From the NCBI GenBank assembly GCA_963726225.1, contig CAVSBN010000010.1:1-24000 (forward strand): a stretch of DNA of 24,000 nt. Direction: 5' to 3'. The position numbers were made by a program, and so were the translations under genes. This document shows positions 1 through 7,471 of this stretch, one piece after another (position 1 is the stretch's first letter; each line of letters opens with the position of its first letter). The notes beneath the pieces were generated by a model. The model was given only the letters and a program-made list of their open reading frames with translations, was not told where the DNA came from and did no database searches. The DNA comes from an uncultured Chloroflexia bacterium (lineage in GTDB: Bacteria > Chloroflexota > Dehalococcoidia > Dehalococcoidales > UBA2162).

Positions 1-9
1 ACCCTCAAG

Positions 10-82
<73 letters not shown>

Positions 83-126
83 GTGGACCATATCTAATTT
101 AGCAAAAAAGCGGGGGGAAGGCAAGT

Positions 127-1038
127 CTAGCCGATTTCCTTGAGCGCCTGCGTTAAGTCTGGTGGGAGGTCGGCCTGGAACTCCACAAATTCACCGGTAG
201 CGGGCAGATAAAAGCCGAGTCGGGCGGCGTGAAGGAACTGGCGAGAGAGATGAATTGACTTCACCCCGTAGACGGCATCCCCAACCACGGGATAGCCAAT
301 GGCGGCCAGGTGCACCCGTATCTGGTGGGTACGGCCGGTCTCGGGTCTGACCTCAAGCAGGGTGTAGTGGCCGATATACCTGACCACATGATAATGAGTC
401 CGGGCTTCCCGACCGTGGCCGGCGGCCACTACTGCCATGCGCTCCCGGCGCCCTCGGTCACGACCAATCGGTGCCTCAATAATGCCGTCGGGCGGAGTCA
501 GGCGCCCTTGAACCAGTACCAGATAGCTCTTGACCACGGAGCGAGACCGGAACTGCTCGGTCAGATTCCGATGAGCGGCGCTATTTTTGGCGACCAGCAT
601 CAGGCCGGAAGTATCTTTGTCCAACCGGTGCACAATACCCGGTCGGCGCCAATCATCGGTTTCAGGCAGCTCAGACAGATGGGACAGAATGGCATTCACC
701 AGGGTATGGTTGGGGTGACCGGGGGCGGGGTGCACCGTCAGCCCGGCCGGTTTGTCGATAACCAGGAGGTCGTCATCCTCGTAGACAATCTTTAATGGGA
801 TTGCCTCGGGTGAAAGTGAGCTGGGCGGTGGGGGCGGGAGTTCAATCGTGATTCTATCGCCTGCGGCTAGTTTAAGCCCTGGCCTGGCCGGACGGCCGTT
901 GACCGTAATGTGGCCATCGGCAATGAGCTTCTGGGCCTGGGTTCGGGAGAGTTCCGGGCGTCTTTCACTCACAAACTTGTCCAGACGAGCCCCTGGCTCG
1001 TCTACGACCAGATTGTATGTCCTGGCATTGTTTAGCAA
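127..1038 (-). CDS. rluD: 23S rRNA pseudouridine synthase, RluA/RluD family
   Basis: S4-like N-terminus (RLDKFV..SRTQAQKLIADGHITVNG) and RluA-family core (HRLDKDTSGLMLVAKN, GRTHQIRVHLA). The long ORF runs to ATG 1128, but its first ~30 codons read through intergenic repeat copy A. I therefore place the start at in-frame TTG 1038, with GGTGAGG 8 nt upstream. ATG 1128 is the alternative. Confidence 0.85.
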   Translation of the reverse strand: MLNNARTYNLVVDEPGARLDKFVSERRPELSRTQAQKLIADGHITVNGRPARPGLKLAAGDRITIELPPPPPSSLSPEAIPLKIVYEDDDLLVIDKPAGLTVHPAPGHPNHTLVNAILSHLSELPETDDWRRPGIVHRLDKDTSGLMLVAKNSAAHRNLTEQFRSRSVVKSYLVLVQGRLTPPDGIIEAPIGRDRGRRERMAVVAAGHGREARTHYHVVRYIGHYTLLEVRPETGRTHQIRVHLAAIGYPVVGDAVYGVKSIHLSRQFLHAARLGFYLPATGEFVEFQADLPPDLTQALKEIG

Positions 1039-1044
1039 GTGGCT

Positions 1045-1147
1045 AACCTCACCCCCCTGTGTCCCCCCTCTCCTTGGAAAGGAGAGGGGGGACGAATTTA
1101 GAAGAGAGGCGAAGCCTCTCTTAGGCACTCACCTTCCGAAGAGTGCC
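1045..1147. repeat. Composite hairpin repeat, copy A
   Basis: AACCTCACCCCCC, then hairpin CCCCCCTCTCC (1063-1073) / GGAGAGGGGGG (1081-1091). Next an A-rich spacer, then hairpin GAGAGGC (1104-1110) / GCCTCTC (1114-1120). An extra hairpin GGCACTC (1124-1130) / GAGTGCC (1141-1147) follows. Same architecture as the copies at 8011 and 12743. Confidence 0.8.
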
Positions 1148-1216
1148 AGCCCCCTCTTAAATACTTCGTGCTGAAGAAGGAAAGTTGCCCAAACAGAATG
1201 AGCGCCCATATTCGTT

Positions 1217-1717
1217 TTAGCCTTTCTCGACTCTGGTCAGAAAGATGAGGGAATAGGCCAGCAGGATAATCCCCACTGTTATCGCGGAATCGGCCAGGTT
1301 AAAGGATGGCCAGATGCCGAGGCTGATGAAATCGGTCACCCCCTCAAGGTTCGGGTTCAGGCGGTCGATGAGGTTGCCCACCGTGCCGCCCATAACTAAA
1401 GCCAGAGCAATACGGGTCACCATGTTCTCCAGAATGGGTAAGCGGTGTGAAAAGCGGAGGACTAACACCAGGATGATGGCCACGCTGACGAAGTCCACAA
1501 TAGTTAAGGCCAGGGATTGACCCTGAAACAGGCCGAAAGCGGCGCCGGTGTTCTGGATATGGACGATTTGGAAAAACCCCACCTGGAAAACTGGCTGTCC
1601 TTCAGGGAAAGTCCTTATCCCGAGCTTGGTAAGCTGGTCGGCTATCACCACCAGCGGGGCAGTGAGGAAGAAGACCACCACGGGCCACCTACGCTGCGGG
1701 GGGTCGGCTCCGGGCAC
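1217..1717 (-). CDS. lspA: Lipoprotein signal peptidase (signal peptidase II)
   Basis: Four-TM protein with LspA motifs: DQLTK, NTGAAFG, GGTVGNLIDR, VTDF, FNLADS. ATG 1717 overlaps the upstream gene by 29 nt. In-frame GTG 1681, preceded by AGGTGG, is an alternative start. Confidence 0.9.
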   Translation of the reverse strand: MPGADPPQRRWPVVVFFLTAPLVVIADQLTKLGIRTFPEGQPVFQVGFFQIVHIQNTGAAFGLFQGQSLALTIVDFVSVAIILVLVLRFSHRLPILENMVTRIALALVMGGTVGNLIDRLNPNLEGVTDFISLGIWPSFNLADSAITVGIILLAYSLIFLTRVEKG

Positions 1718-2060
1718 CCCTCGCTTTACAACTCAGGCACAGATTCGCCTCAGGCAGGGCTTCCAGGCGGGCGGGGTCGATGGGTTGGCCACAAATATCG
1801 CACAGGCCATAGGTGCCTTGGGCAAACTTGTCTAAAGCGTGCTCAACCTCGTTCAGCTTCTCTTTTATCTGTTTTTCCAGAGCCAACCGCTTTTCCAGTT
1901 CGAAGCTCTCGGTAGCCTCTTCCTCCCGTTTGCCGAAAGGACTACCCTCGCGCCTCACCTCAGCGGGTTGGGCGCTGGCCTGAAATTGCTTCAGTTCGGT
2001 CTGCAAGCGCTTCCGCTCACTCTTCAATCGAGAACGAATTTTATCAAGGTCAATGGCCAC
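1689..2060 (-). CDS. TraR/DksA-family C4 zinc-finger protein
   Basis: Coiled-coil N-terminal half, then GTYGLCDICGQPIDPARLEALPEANLCLSC (CxxC-N17-CxxC). GTG start with GGGAGG 9 nt upstream. First gene of an apparent dksA-like/lspA/rluD operon. Confidence 0.8.
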   Translation of the reverse strand: MAIDLDKIRSRLKSERKRLQTELKQFQASAQPAEVRREGSPFGKREEEATESFELEKRLALEKQIKEKLNEVEHALDKFAQGTYGLCDICGQPIDPARLEALPEANLCLSCKARGARSRPPAA

Positions 2061-2135
2061 TGTCTTCTACCTCCCGCCTACCTGTCAAGCGGGGTTGCTG
2101 CCGACTTTCCCCATTTAGATGCTGACAGATAAATC

Positions 2136-2164
2136 ATTATACCTGAGTGTTGCCCAGAGAGCAA
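2136..2164 (-). promoter_or_regulatory. Candidate sigma-70-type promoter for the dksA-like/lspA/rluD operon
   Basis: On the minus strand: TTGCTC (2164-2159), 17 nt spacer, TATAAT (2141-2136), about 75 nt upstream of GTG 2060. Confidence 0.4.
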
Positions 2165-2179
2165 TAGCGAGGGTCAGAT

Positions 2180-2956
2180 TTAATCAAACATTACCCGAAG
2201 TTGGCGGATGGTATCGACCGCCTGCCCATGCCAGTGATTGTTGGCAAAAACGAAGGTCCTGTCCGACATTCTATCCAGTTTCTTAATTTTCGGCAACCAC
2301 TCGCTCAGTTCCTGCGCGTTGTAGGTGTAGTCGTACCGCTCGTAAGCCTGCTCGTGTTTCCACCATTTGGTGCTGTTACGACCGTGAAAACGCACATAGC
2401 CGACGGCGCTGGTGGCCTCAGCCAGCGGGGGCAGAAGATTGGGCAATGGCGGTTCATCAACACAGCAGAAACCCAGTTCCAGGTGCCGGAGCCAGCCGAA
2501 TACCTCGTCCCTCAGCCACTGGGCATTACGGAATTCAACGACGACTGGCAAATCTCCCATCCGCTCCTTCAACAGCTTGAGGTAGTCCCAGTTCTCACGG
2601 GTGAGCCGGAAACTATAAGGGAACTGGGCCAGAATGCAGCCGAGCTTCCCGGCGGCAATAACTGGTTCTATTACCTGGCGAAAAGCTTGGAAAACTTCAG
2701 CATTGTCTTCCCGAAGGTGAGTCATTTCCTGGTTGGCTTTGACAGAGAAAAGAAAGCCCTCGCCGGTTTTCTGGACCATGGCTTTGATGTTGGCCGCTTT
2801 GGGCAGGGCATAAAAGGTGGAGTTTATTTCACAGGTATTAAACTCGCGGGCATAATAGGCCAGCCATTGGTGCCTGGGTATGCCTGCCGGGTAGAAATTG
2901 CCCACCCAGTCGTCATAGCTAAAGCCGGAAGTACCAAAATATATCATAGCTTTCAT
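2180..2956 (-). CDS. DUF72 (YecE/UPF0759) family protein
   Basis: N-terminal IYFGTSGFSYDDWVGNFYP, NSTFYALP, and EFRNAQW later in the protein. The layout is typical of DUF72. Confidence 0.8.
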   Translation of the reverse strand: MKAMIYFGTSGFSYDDWVGNFYPAGIPRHQWLAYYAREFNTCEINSTFYALPKAANIKAMVQKTGEGFLFSVKANQEMTHLREDNAEVFQAFRQVIEPVIAAGKLGCILAQFPYSFRLTRENWDYLKLLKERMGDLPVVVEFRNAQWLRDEVFGWLRHLELGFCCVDEPPLPNLLPPLAEATSAVGYVRFHGRNSTKWWKHEQAYERYDYTYNAQELSEWLPKIKKLDRMSDRTFVFANNHWHGQAVDTIRQLRVMFD

Positions 2957-3048
2957 TTATCAATTTACTCTATTTCGCCACTTTTATCAAGCTCAAATCA
3001 CGCTCTCTCTTCAGGCGGTGAAGAGCCGCCAAGAACCCGGTTCTTATC

Positions 3049-3097
3049 TTGACAGCGGTGGCCAGTTTCTGTATATTGTAATTGAAAATCTTTTTCA
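3049..3097 (+). promoter_or_regulatory. Candidate promoter plus operator of the Fur-family gene
   Basis: TTGACA (3049-3054), 17 nt spacer, TATATT (3072-3077). Immediately downstream is an AT-rich inverted repeat TGAAAA-tct-TTTTCA (3083-3097), 14 nt before ATG 3111. Confidence 0.45.
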
Positions 3098-3110
3098 TCT
3101 ACAGCTTGAG

Positions 3111-3548
3111 ATGAGACTTAGTGAAAGAAAGGTAACAGCTACTTTACGGCGGCACGGTTACAAGCTGACGCCCCAGCGATTGGCCGTGGTACAGGCCATT
3201 ACCTCCAGCCAGGACAGCCTTACCCCGGCCAACATACATGCCAAGGTGCAACAGGAGTACCCGAACATCGGACTGGTAACAATCTATCGCACCCTGGAGA
3301 TACTGGCGGAGCTGGGGCTAATCTGCGAGCTACACGGCGGCGGTATCTGCCGCAGCTACACTACCAGTCTCCCCGAGCACCATCACCACCTGATTTGCTC
3401 CGACTGCGGCACAGTGGTTGATTTCACTCAGCACCACCTGGGCGAACTGGAGCAAAGTCTCTCCAAACAGAGTGGCTTCAGAATTGATGGCCACCTGCTG
3501 GAGTTTTTCGGGGTTTGTCCGGTTTGCCAGAAAAAAGAAGTAGTCTAG
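3111..3548 (+). CDS. Fur-family metalloregulator (Fur/Zur/Nur/PerR type not resolvable)
   Basis: Winged-helix N-terminus (YKLTPQRLAVVQAI..VTIYRTLEIL). Metal sites HHHHLICSDCG and CPVC. The track ORF starts at 3018, but ATG 3111 (MRLSERK..) lies downstream of the promoter and gives the normal family length of ~145 aa. Confidence 0.85.
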   Translation: MRLSERKVTATLRRHGYKLTPQRLAVVQAITSSQDSLTPANIHAKVQQEYPNIGLVTIYRTLEILAELGLICELHGGGICRSYTTSLPEHHHHLICSDCGTVVDFTQHHLGELEQSLSKQSGFRIDGHLLEFFGVCPVCQKKEVV

Positions 3549-3559
3549 TAGTTTATTTT

Positions 3560-3590
3560 TTGACTTGTTAATGAGAGCGATTCTCAATTA
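3560..3590 (+). promoter_or_regulatory. Candidate -35 element and Fur-box-like imperfect palindrome upstream of the transporter
   Basis: TTGACT (3560-3565), followed by TTAATGAGA-gcgat-TCTCAATTA (3568-3590). The core TGAGA/TCTCA is perfect and the AT-rich flanks are imperfect. Confidence 0.3.
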
Positions 3591-3603
3591 GCTAGGAGGA
3601 AAG

Positions 3604-3687
3604 ATGCTCAAGCGAATCGGTACTGAGGTAAGCTTCGCCTGTTTCAGTTTGCTATTACTAAATAGCTTGGTTGTGGGCGTCTTTTGA
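3604..3687 (+). CDS. 27-codon hydrophobic upstream ORF (leader or small membrane peptide)
   Basis: AGGAGG (3594-3599) 4 nt before ATG 3604. Product is MLKRIGTEVSFACFSLLLLNSLVVGVF, stop TGA 3685-3687. It is in the same frame as the next gene, whose ATG is at 3691, and it is too short for the ORF track. Confidence 0.4.
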   Translation: MLKRIGTEVSFACFSLLLLNSLVVGVF

Positions 3688-3690
3688 ACA

Positions 3691-4350
3691 ATGGATTTAG
3701 CGAATTTAAGCCTGACAGCCGCCTTCATAGTGGGCCTGGCACATACCCTGGAGCCGTGTGAAGATAAGGCAATCGTTTCTTTATTTGTTTTCTGGGCTAC
3801 TAAAAAATTAGCTCAGGCTGTTGGACTGGTAATACTGTATGGTCTGGGGATGGCTCTGGCAGATACCATCATGGCATTTGTTCTTTCATATATTGGCGTA
3901 ACTTGGTTTCATGTTCTAAAGACTCCTCTTGAGCTGATAGCGGGGGCGATTACTTTAATCTTCGGCCTTCTTATGTTTATGGGTAAGGAATTGACCCACA
4001 TCGGCCATCATCACGGTAAAACTGTGGTCTCCCCTAACCCAAAACTACTCTCTTGGTACGGCATTCTTGGTTTTGGTATAATCCGAGGGTTACCACCCTG
4101 CCCAATCGAAGCTGCTATGCTGTTGTGGGCTGCCTCTCTTGGTGATATATGGCGTGGTACGGCCACCGTTTTCGTTTTCGGTTTGGGCACAACGATAGGT
4201 CTAATCCCTCTTGGTTTAATCATGGGAGGCATAGCTGGTGCCATCAGCAAGACCAAATATGAGAGCTTTGTTCCCAAGATTAGCGCTATTCTAATGATGG
4301 CCTTTGGTCTCTTCCTTGTACTGGCTCCGATATTCGGAATCGAACTATGA
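3691..4350 (+). CDS. NicO/RcnA-like (LysE-superfamily) metal-ion transporter with His-rich loop
   Basis: Six predicted TM segments in two halves. First half has GLAHTLEPCEDK (compare HAxxPGHGK of NicO/RcnA). Central loop has HIGHHHGK. Second half has GLPPCPIEAA (compare GxxPCP). Adjacent to a Fur-family regulator. The family call is from remembered motifs only. Confidence 0.55.
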   Translation: MDLANLSLTAAFIVGLAHTLEPCEDKAIVSLFVFWATKKLAQAVGLVILYGLGMALADTIMAFVLSYIGVTWFHVLKTPLELIAGAITLIFGLLMFMGKELTHIGHHHGKTVVSPNPKLLSWYGILGFGIIRGLPPCPIEAAMLLWAASLGDIWRGTATVFVFGLGTTIGLIPLGLIMGGIAGAISKTKYESFVPKISAILMMAFGLFLVLAPIFGIEL

Positions 4351-4505
4351 GGCAATGTAGAGCAAGCCGGTGTAATTCCAGCATAGTTGCCGTAGAGTAT
4401 TGCATTACCCTGCTTCCTGTTATTTTTCTCCTTTTGTTCGTTGCCGTCTGGGTTCCCTGTTGCACCAGTGATATCGTGTTTCCACTCCTGTTCGTGCGGC
4501 GGAAG

Positions 4506-4534
4506 TTGCCACCCCAACGGGTATAAACTATAAT
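4506..4534 (+). promoter_or_regulatory. Candidate promoter of the MBL-hydrolase/pyrD unit
   Basis: TTGCCA (4506-4511), 17 nt spacer, TATAAT (4529-4534). Confidence 0.4.
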
Positions 4535-4555
4535 CTTACTTTAGGGGTGTCGAAT

Positions 4556-5393
4556 ATGAAGCTAAAGCTAACCACCCTGAGCGAGAATACGGCCGGCGCC
4601 GGCATCGTGCTGGCCGAATTGGGGCTGAGCATTCTGATAGAAACCGATACCACCAGCATACTGCTTGATACCAGTCAGAGTCTGTCCGCTAGTTATAATG
4701 CTGATATTCTCGGTGTGGACTTAAGTAAGGTTGATAAGATTGTCTTGAGTCACGGCCACGGCGACCATACCGGCGGCTTGCGCCAGGTTCTCCAGAAGAT
4801 GCGGAAAAGTGTGGAAATAGTCGCCCACCCGGATATGTGGGCGGCCAAGTATAACCGCCGCCGCGGTCGGGCCGATAGATACATCGGCATCCCCTTTCAG
4901 CGAGCGGATTTGGAGAGTCTGGGGGCTCGCTTCAACCTGAGCCGGGAGCCGGTAAGGCTAGCTGATAACATCATGACCACCGGTGAAGTCCCGATGGTCA
5001 CCGATTTTGAAGCGATAGACCCGCAACTTTTCGTCAAAGATGGCGCTGACTTTAAACCGGACGAACTCCTGGATGACCAGGCGATAATCATCAATACCGG
5101 GGCGGGGTTGGTGGTGGTTCTCGGCTGTGCTCACCGGGGCATGATTAATACCCTATATCACGCGCAGAAGCTTACCGGAGTTAAAGAGATACGCCTGGTC
5201 ATTGGCGGTTCTCATTTGATTGGCGCCAGCGAAGACGCGAATCTGGCGGACCATCGCGGCGCTTAAAGAGCTAGGTGTCGGCCGAATTGGTATCTCACAC
5301 TGCACTGGTCTGCCGGCGGCGGCCATAATGGCGATGGAGTTTGGCGAAAACTTCTTCTTTAACAATGCTGGCAACGAGATTGAACTGTCGTGA
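4556..5393 (+). pseudogene. MBL-fold metallo-hydrolase, frameshifted near 5220-5264
   Basis: HGHGDH metal motif and a GGSHL strand. ORF 4547..5266 ends GASEDANLADHRGA*. The frame one nucleotide over continues IWRTIAALKELGVGRIGISHCTGLPAAAIMAMEFGENFFFNNAGNEIELS* (stop 5391-5393). That is the expected C-terminus of this subfamily, including SHCTG. Start is GTG 4547 or, more likely, ATG 4556. Confidence 0.75.
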
Positions 5394-5402
5394 GGAATTG
5401 AT

Positions 5403-6329
5403 ATGAATCTCTCGGTCCAGATAGCTCCGAAACACGCCAAGGGGTTGCTACTGGCTAATCCGGTGATGACGGCCTCCGGCACCTTTGGCTACGGTACGGA
5501 GTATAGCGACCTGTTTGATATTCAGAGGCTGGGCGCCATTATCTGTAAGGGGACTACCCTCGAAGCCAGGGACGGCAATCCCCAGCCCAGATTGTTTGAG
5601 ACGGCCAGCGGCTTGCTCAATTCCATCGGATGGCAGAATATTGGGGTGAAGGCGCTAATCAAGGAGAAAGCGCCAATCTGGGCCAGGTGGCGGGTGCCGG
5701 TTATCGTGAATATCGCCGGGGAAAAGGTTGACGATTATGTCCGGCTGGCCAAACAGCTTGACGGGGTGCCCGGGGTCAGTGGTCTGGAGGTCAATATCAG
5801 TTGCCCCAATGTCAAAGCCGGTGGGGCGGAGTTCGGTGTCAAGCCGAAGGCGGCGGCAGTGGTGACGGCGGCCGTCAGAAAAGCGACCTCCTTGCCGCTA
5901 CTGGTTAAACTGACGCCAAATACCAGTGACATTGTCAAAGTAGCCGTGGCCGTGGCTGAGGCTGGCGCTGACGCCATATCCCTGATTAACACCCTGAAAG
6001 GCATGGCGATAGATATAAACAAACGGCGGCCAGTACTGGGCAATATTACTGGGGGACTATCCGGGCCAGCCATCAAACCGGTGGCCCTCTACATGGTATA
6101 TCAGGTGGCGGGCGCCGTGGATTTGCCCGTTATTGGCTGCGGCGGCATCGTCACGGCTAAGGACGCGCTGGAATTCATCATGGCCGGAGCCACGGCCATC
6201 CAGGTGGGCACGGCCAATTTTGCCAACCCTCGGGCCTCCCTTGATGTCCTGGAAGGGATGGAGGAATATACGGGAAAAGAGGGGGTAAAGGATATTCGCG
6301 AGTTAATCGGCGCGGCCCGGCAAAAATAA
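5403..6329 (+). CDS. pyrD: Dihydroorotate dehydrogenase, class 1 catalytic subunit
   Basis: Family-wide motifs: [30 protein letters not shown] (Cys catalytic base, class 1), [28 protein letters not shown] lies 6 nt before the ATG. No pyrK is adjacent. Confidence 0.92.
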   Translation: MNLSVQIAPKHAKGLLLANPVMTASGTFGYGTEYSDLFDIQRLGAIICKGTTLEARDGNPQPRLFETASGLLNSIGWQNIGVKALIKEKAPIWARWRVPVIVNIAGEKVDDYVRLAKQLDGVPGVSGLEVNISCPNVKAGGAEFGVKPKAAAVVTAAVRKATSLPLLVKLTPNTSDIVKVAVAVAEAGADAISLINTLKGMAIDINKRRPVLGNITGGLSGPAIKPVALYMVYQVAGAVDLPVIGCGGIVTAKDALEFIMAGATAIQVGTANFANPRASLDVLEGMEEYTGKEGVKDIRELIGAARQK

Positions 6330-6331
6330 CG

Positions 6332-6886
6332 GTGGGGGCTCAGACGACTTCCATGTGGCAGAAGTTCAGTAAAAGCTACCCACTCTATCTAGAGTTAATC
6401 CCGCTTTTCCTGCTGTTAATAACTTTCTATCTGGCCTGGGCCAACTACGCTTCCCTGCCCGATACTATCCCCACGCATTTCAATGCCCAGGGCCTCCCCG
6501 ATGAGTGGGGAAGTAGGCAGTCGATTTTTTCCTTCCCGGGGTTCAGCGCCTTCATGTATCTTCTCTTGACCGCCTTCAATATCTGGCTGGCGCTGGTCAA
6601 GAATCCCAAGCGGTACATCAATCTGCCCAAGAAAAGGTTGGAGAATCTGACCGATGCCCAGGCGGAGAAGCTGCTTATCTTTCTGAATCGCTGCCTTTTT
6701 GTGATGAAGACGCTCTTTCAGGGTCTTTCTATTTATCTGGTCTATGTCACTATTGAGGTGGCTCACGGGAGAGCGGCTGGCCTGGGGTTTCCCTTCTACC
6801 TGATTCTGGCGGCCATAATAGGTGTGGTTATTTTCATGCTCTGGCAGAGTCTGCGCCGGACGGCCACGCCAATTCGGCCTAGCTGA
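6332..6886 (+). CDS. DUF1648-domain membrane protein
   Basis: N-terminal TM segment followed by LPDTIPTHFNAQGLPDEWGS (DUF1648 signature), then three more TM segments. Start is GTG 6332 or ATG 6353. Confidence 0.7.
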   Translation: MGAQTTSMWQKFSKSYPLYLELIPLFLLLITFYLAWANYASLPDTIPTHFNAQGLPDEWGSRQSIFSFPGFSAFMYLLLTAFNIWLALVKNPKRYINLPKKRLENLTDAQAEKLLIFLNRCLFVMKTLFQGLSIYLVYVTIEVAHGRAAGLGFPFYLILAAIIGVVIFMLWQSLRRTATPIRPS

Positions 6887-7471
6887 TTATTGGGTCAACA
6901 TTTCTGCCACCAGCTTCTCTCCGGCCAGGAAAGCTTGCTTCAGAGCATCCGGGTGCCTGGCAATAGCGCCCTTTTCGTCTATCCCTTTAAAGAGCAACTC
7001 ACCGGCGTAGGTCACATCCAGGATGTGGAAGAAGGACTTTATCATAACCAGCGTCGGTTCAAAGAGGTTGGGTATGCGGCGGCCCCCGACCGAGATAAAG
7101 AACCCTTTTCTCTCCCGCCGGTCGCCCAGTGGGGGCACTTTAAGCACATATTTCCTGGCCCACAGCGCCTGGCAACGGTCAATCATCCCTTTCATCTGGG
7201 CCGTTACGCCCATGAAGTGGAGGGGCGAGGCCAGCACAATGATATCAGCCTGCTCCAGTTCGGGATAAATCGTCTGCATATCGTCCTTAATCTTGCAGAG
7301 GCCTGTTTTCAGGCAGGCATCGCAGTGCTGGCAGGGGCTAATCTTGAGGCTATTCAGGACGATGGTCTTGACCTCAGCCCCCCGGCTGGCGGCGCCCTTC
7401 ATGAATTCGGCCAGCAGAAGGTCGGTATTGCCACCCCGCCGGGGACTGCCGGCGATGCCCAGGACTTTCAT
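6887..7471 (-). CDS. NADPH-dependent FMN reductase-fold protein, iron-sulfur flavoprotein (Isf)-like
   Basis: Flavodoxin-like start MKVLGIAGSPRRGGNT. Compact Cys cluster CQHCDACLKTGLC (C-x2-C-x2-C-x5-C). The ATG overlaps the ybeY stop (ATGA). Confidence 0.8.
   Translation of the reverse strand: MKVLGIAGSPRRGGNTDLLLAEFMKGAASRGAEVKTIVLNSLKISPCQHCDACLKTGLCKIKDDMQTIYPELEQADIIVLASPLHFMGVTAQMKGMIDRCQALWARKYVLKVPPLGDRRERKGFFISVGGRRIPNLFEPTLVMIKSFFHILDVTYAGELLFKGIDEKGAIARHPDALKQAFLAGEKLVAEMLTQ

Noticed and set aside
310-795. Long ORFs on the strand opposite well-supported genes. Examples: 310..795, 848..1174, 1517..1915, 2201..3052, 5735..6076, 6890..7555, 7501..8097, 9650..10228, 10378..10698, 11653..12165, 14768..15304, 15983..16693, 19967..20443, 21767..22054.
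   Set aside because: They fully overlap genes with clear family motifs. They have Arg/Pro/Gly-rich, low-complexity translations typical of antisense frames in GC-rich DNA, and no SD or recognisable domain. I treat them as shadow ORFs.
3031-3045. GAACCCGGTTC read as a second LexA (SOS) box.
   Set aside because: The half-site spacing is N3, not N4 as in the Cheo box and in the bona fide site at 13329-13342.
3685-3687. In-frame TGA between the uORF and the transporter read as selenocysteine or as a sequencing-error stop in a longer gene.
   Set aside because: I see no SECIS-like hairpin in the ~40 nt downstream. The nearby atttag/aattta segments form a direct repeat, not an inverted one. An ATG follows after one codon. 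The transporter N-terminus (MDLANLSLTAAFIVGLAH..) already looks like a complete first TM segment for this family. Kept only as a low-probability alternative in the finding.
4011-4517. 168-aa minus-strand ORF spanning the 3' half of the transporter gene and the 4351-4546 intergenic region.
   Set aside because: Two thirds of it is antisense to the TM-rich transporter. Its unique part (MGWQLPPHEQEWKHDITGATGNPDGNEQKEKNNRK..) has no SD and no recognisable features. The ~195-nt spacer is more simply the 3' UTR plus the promoter (TTGCCA-17-TATAAT) of the MBL gene.
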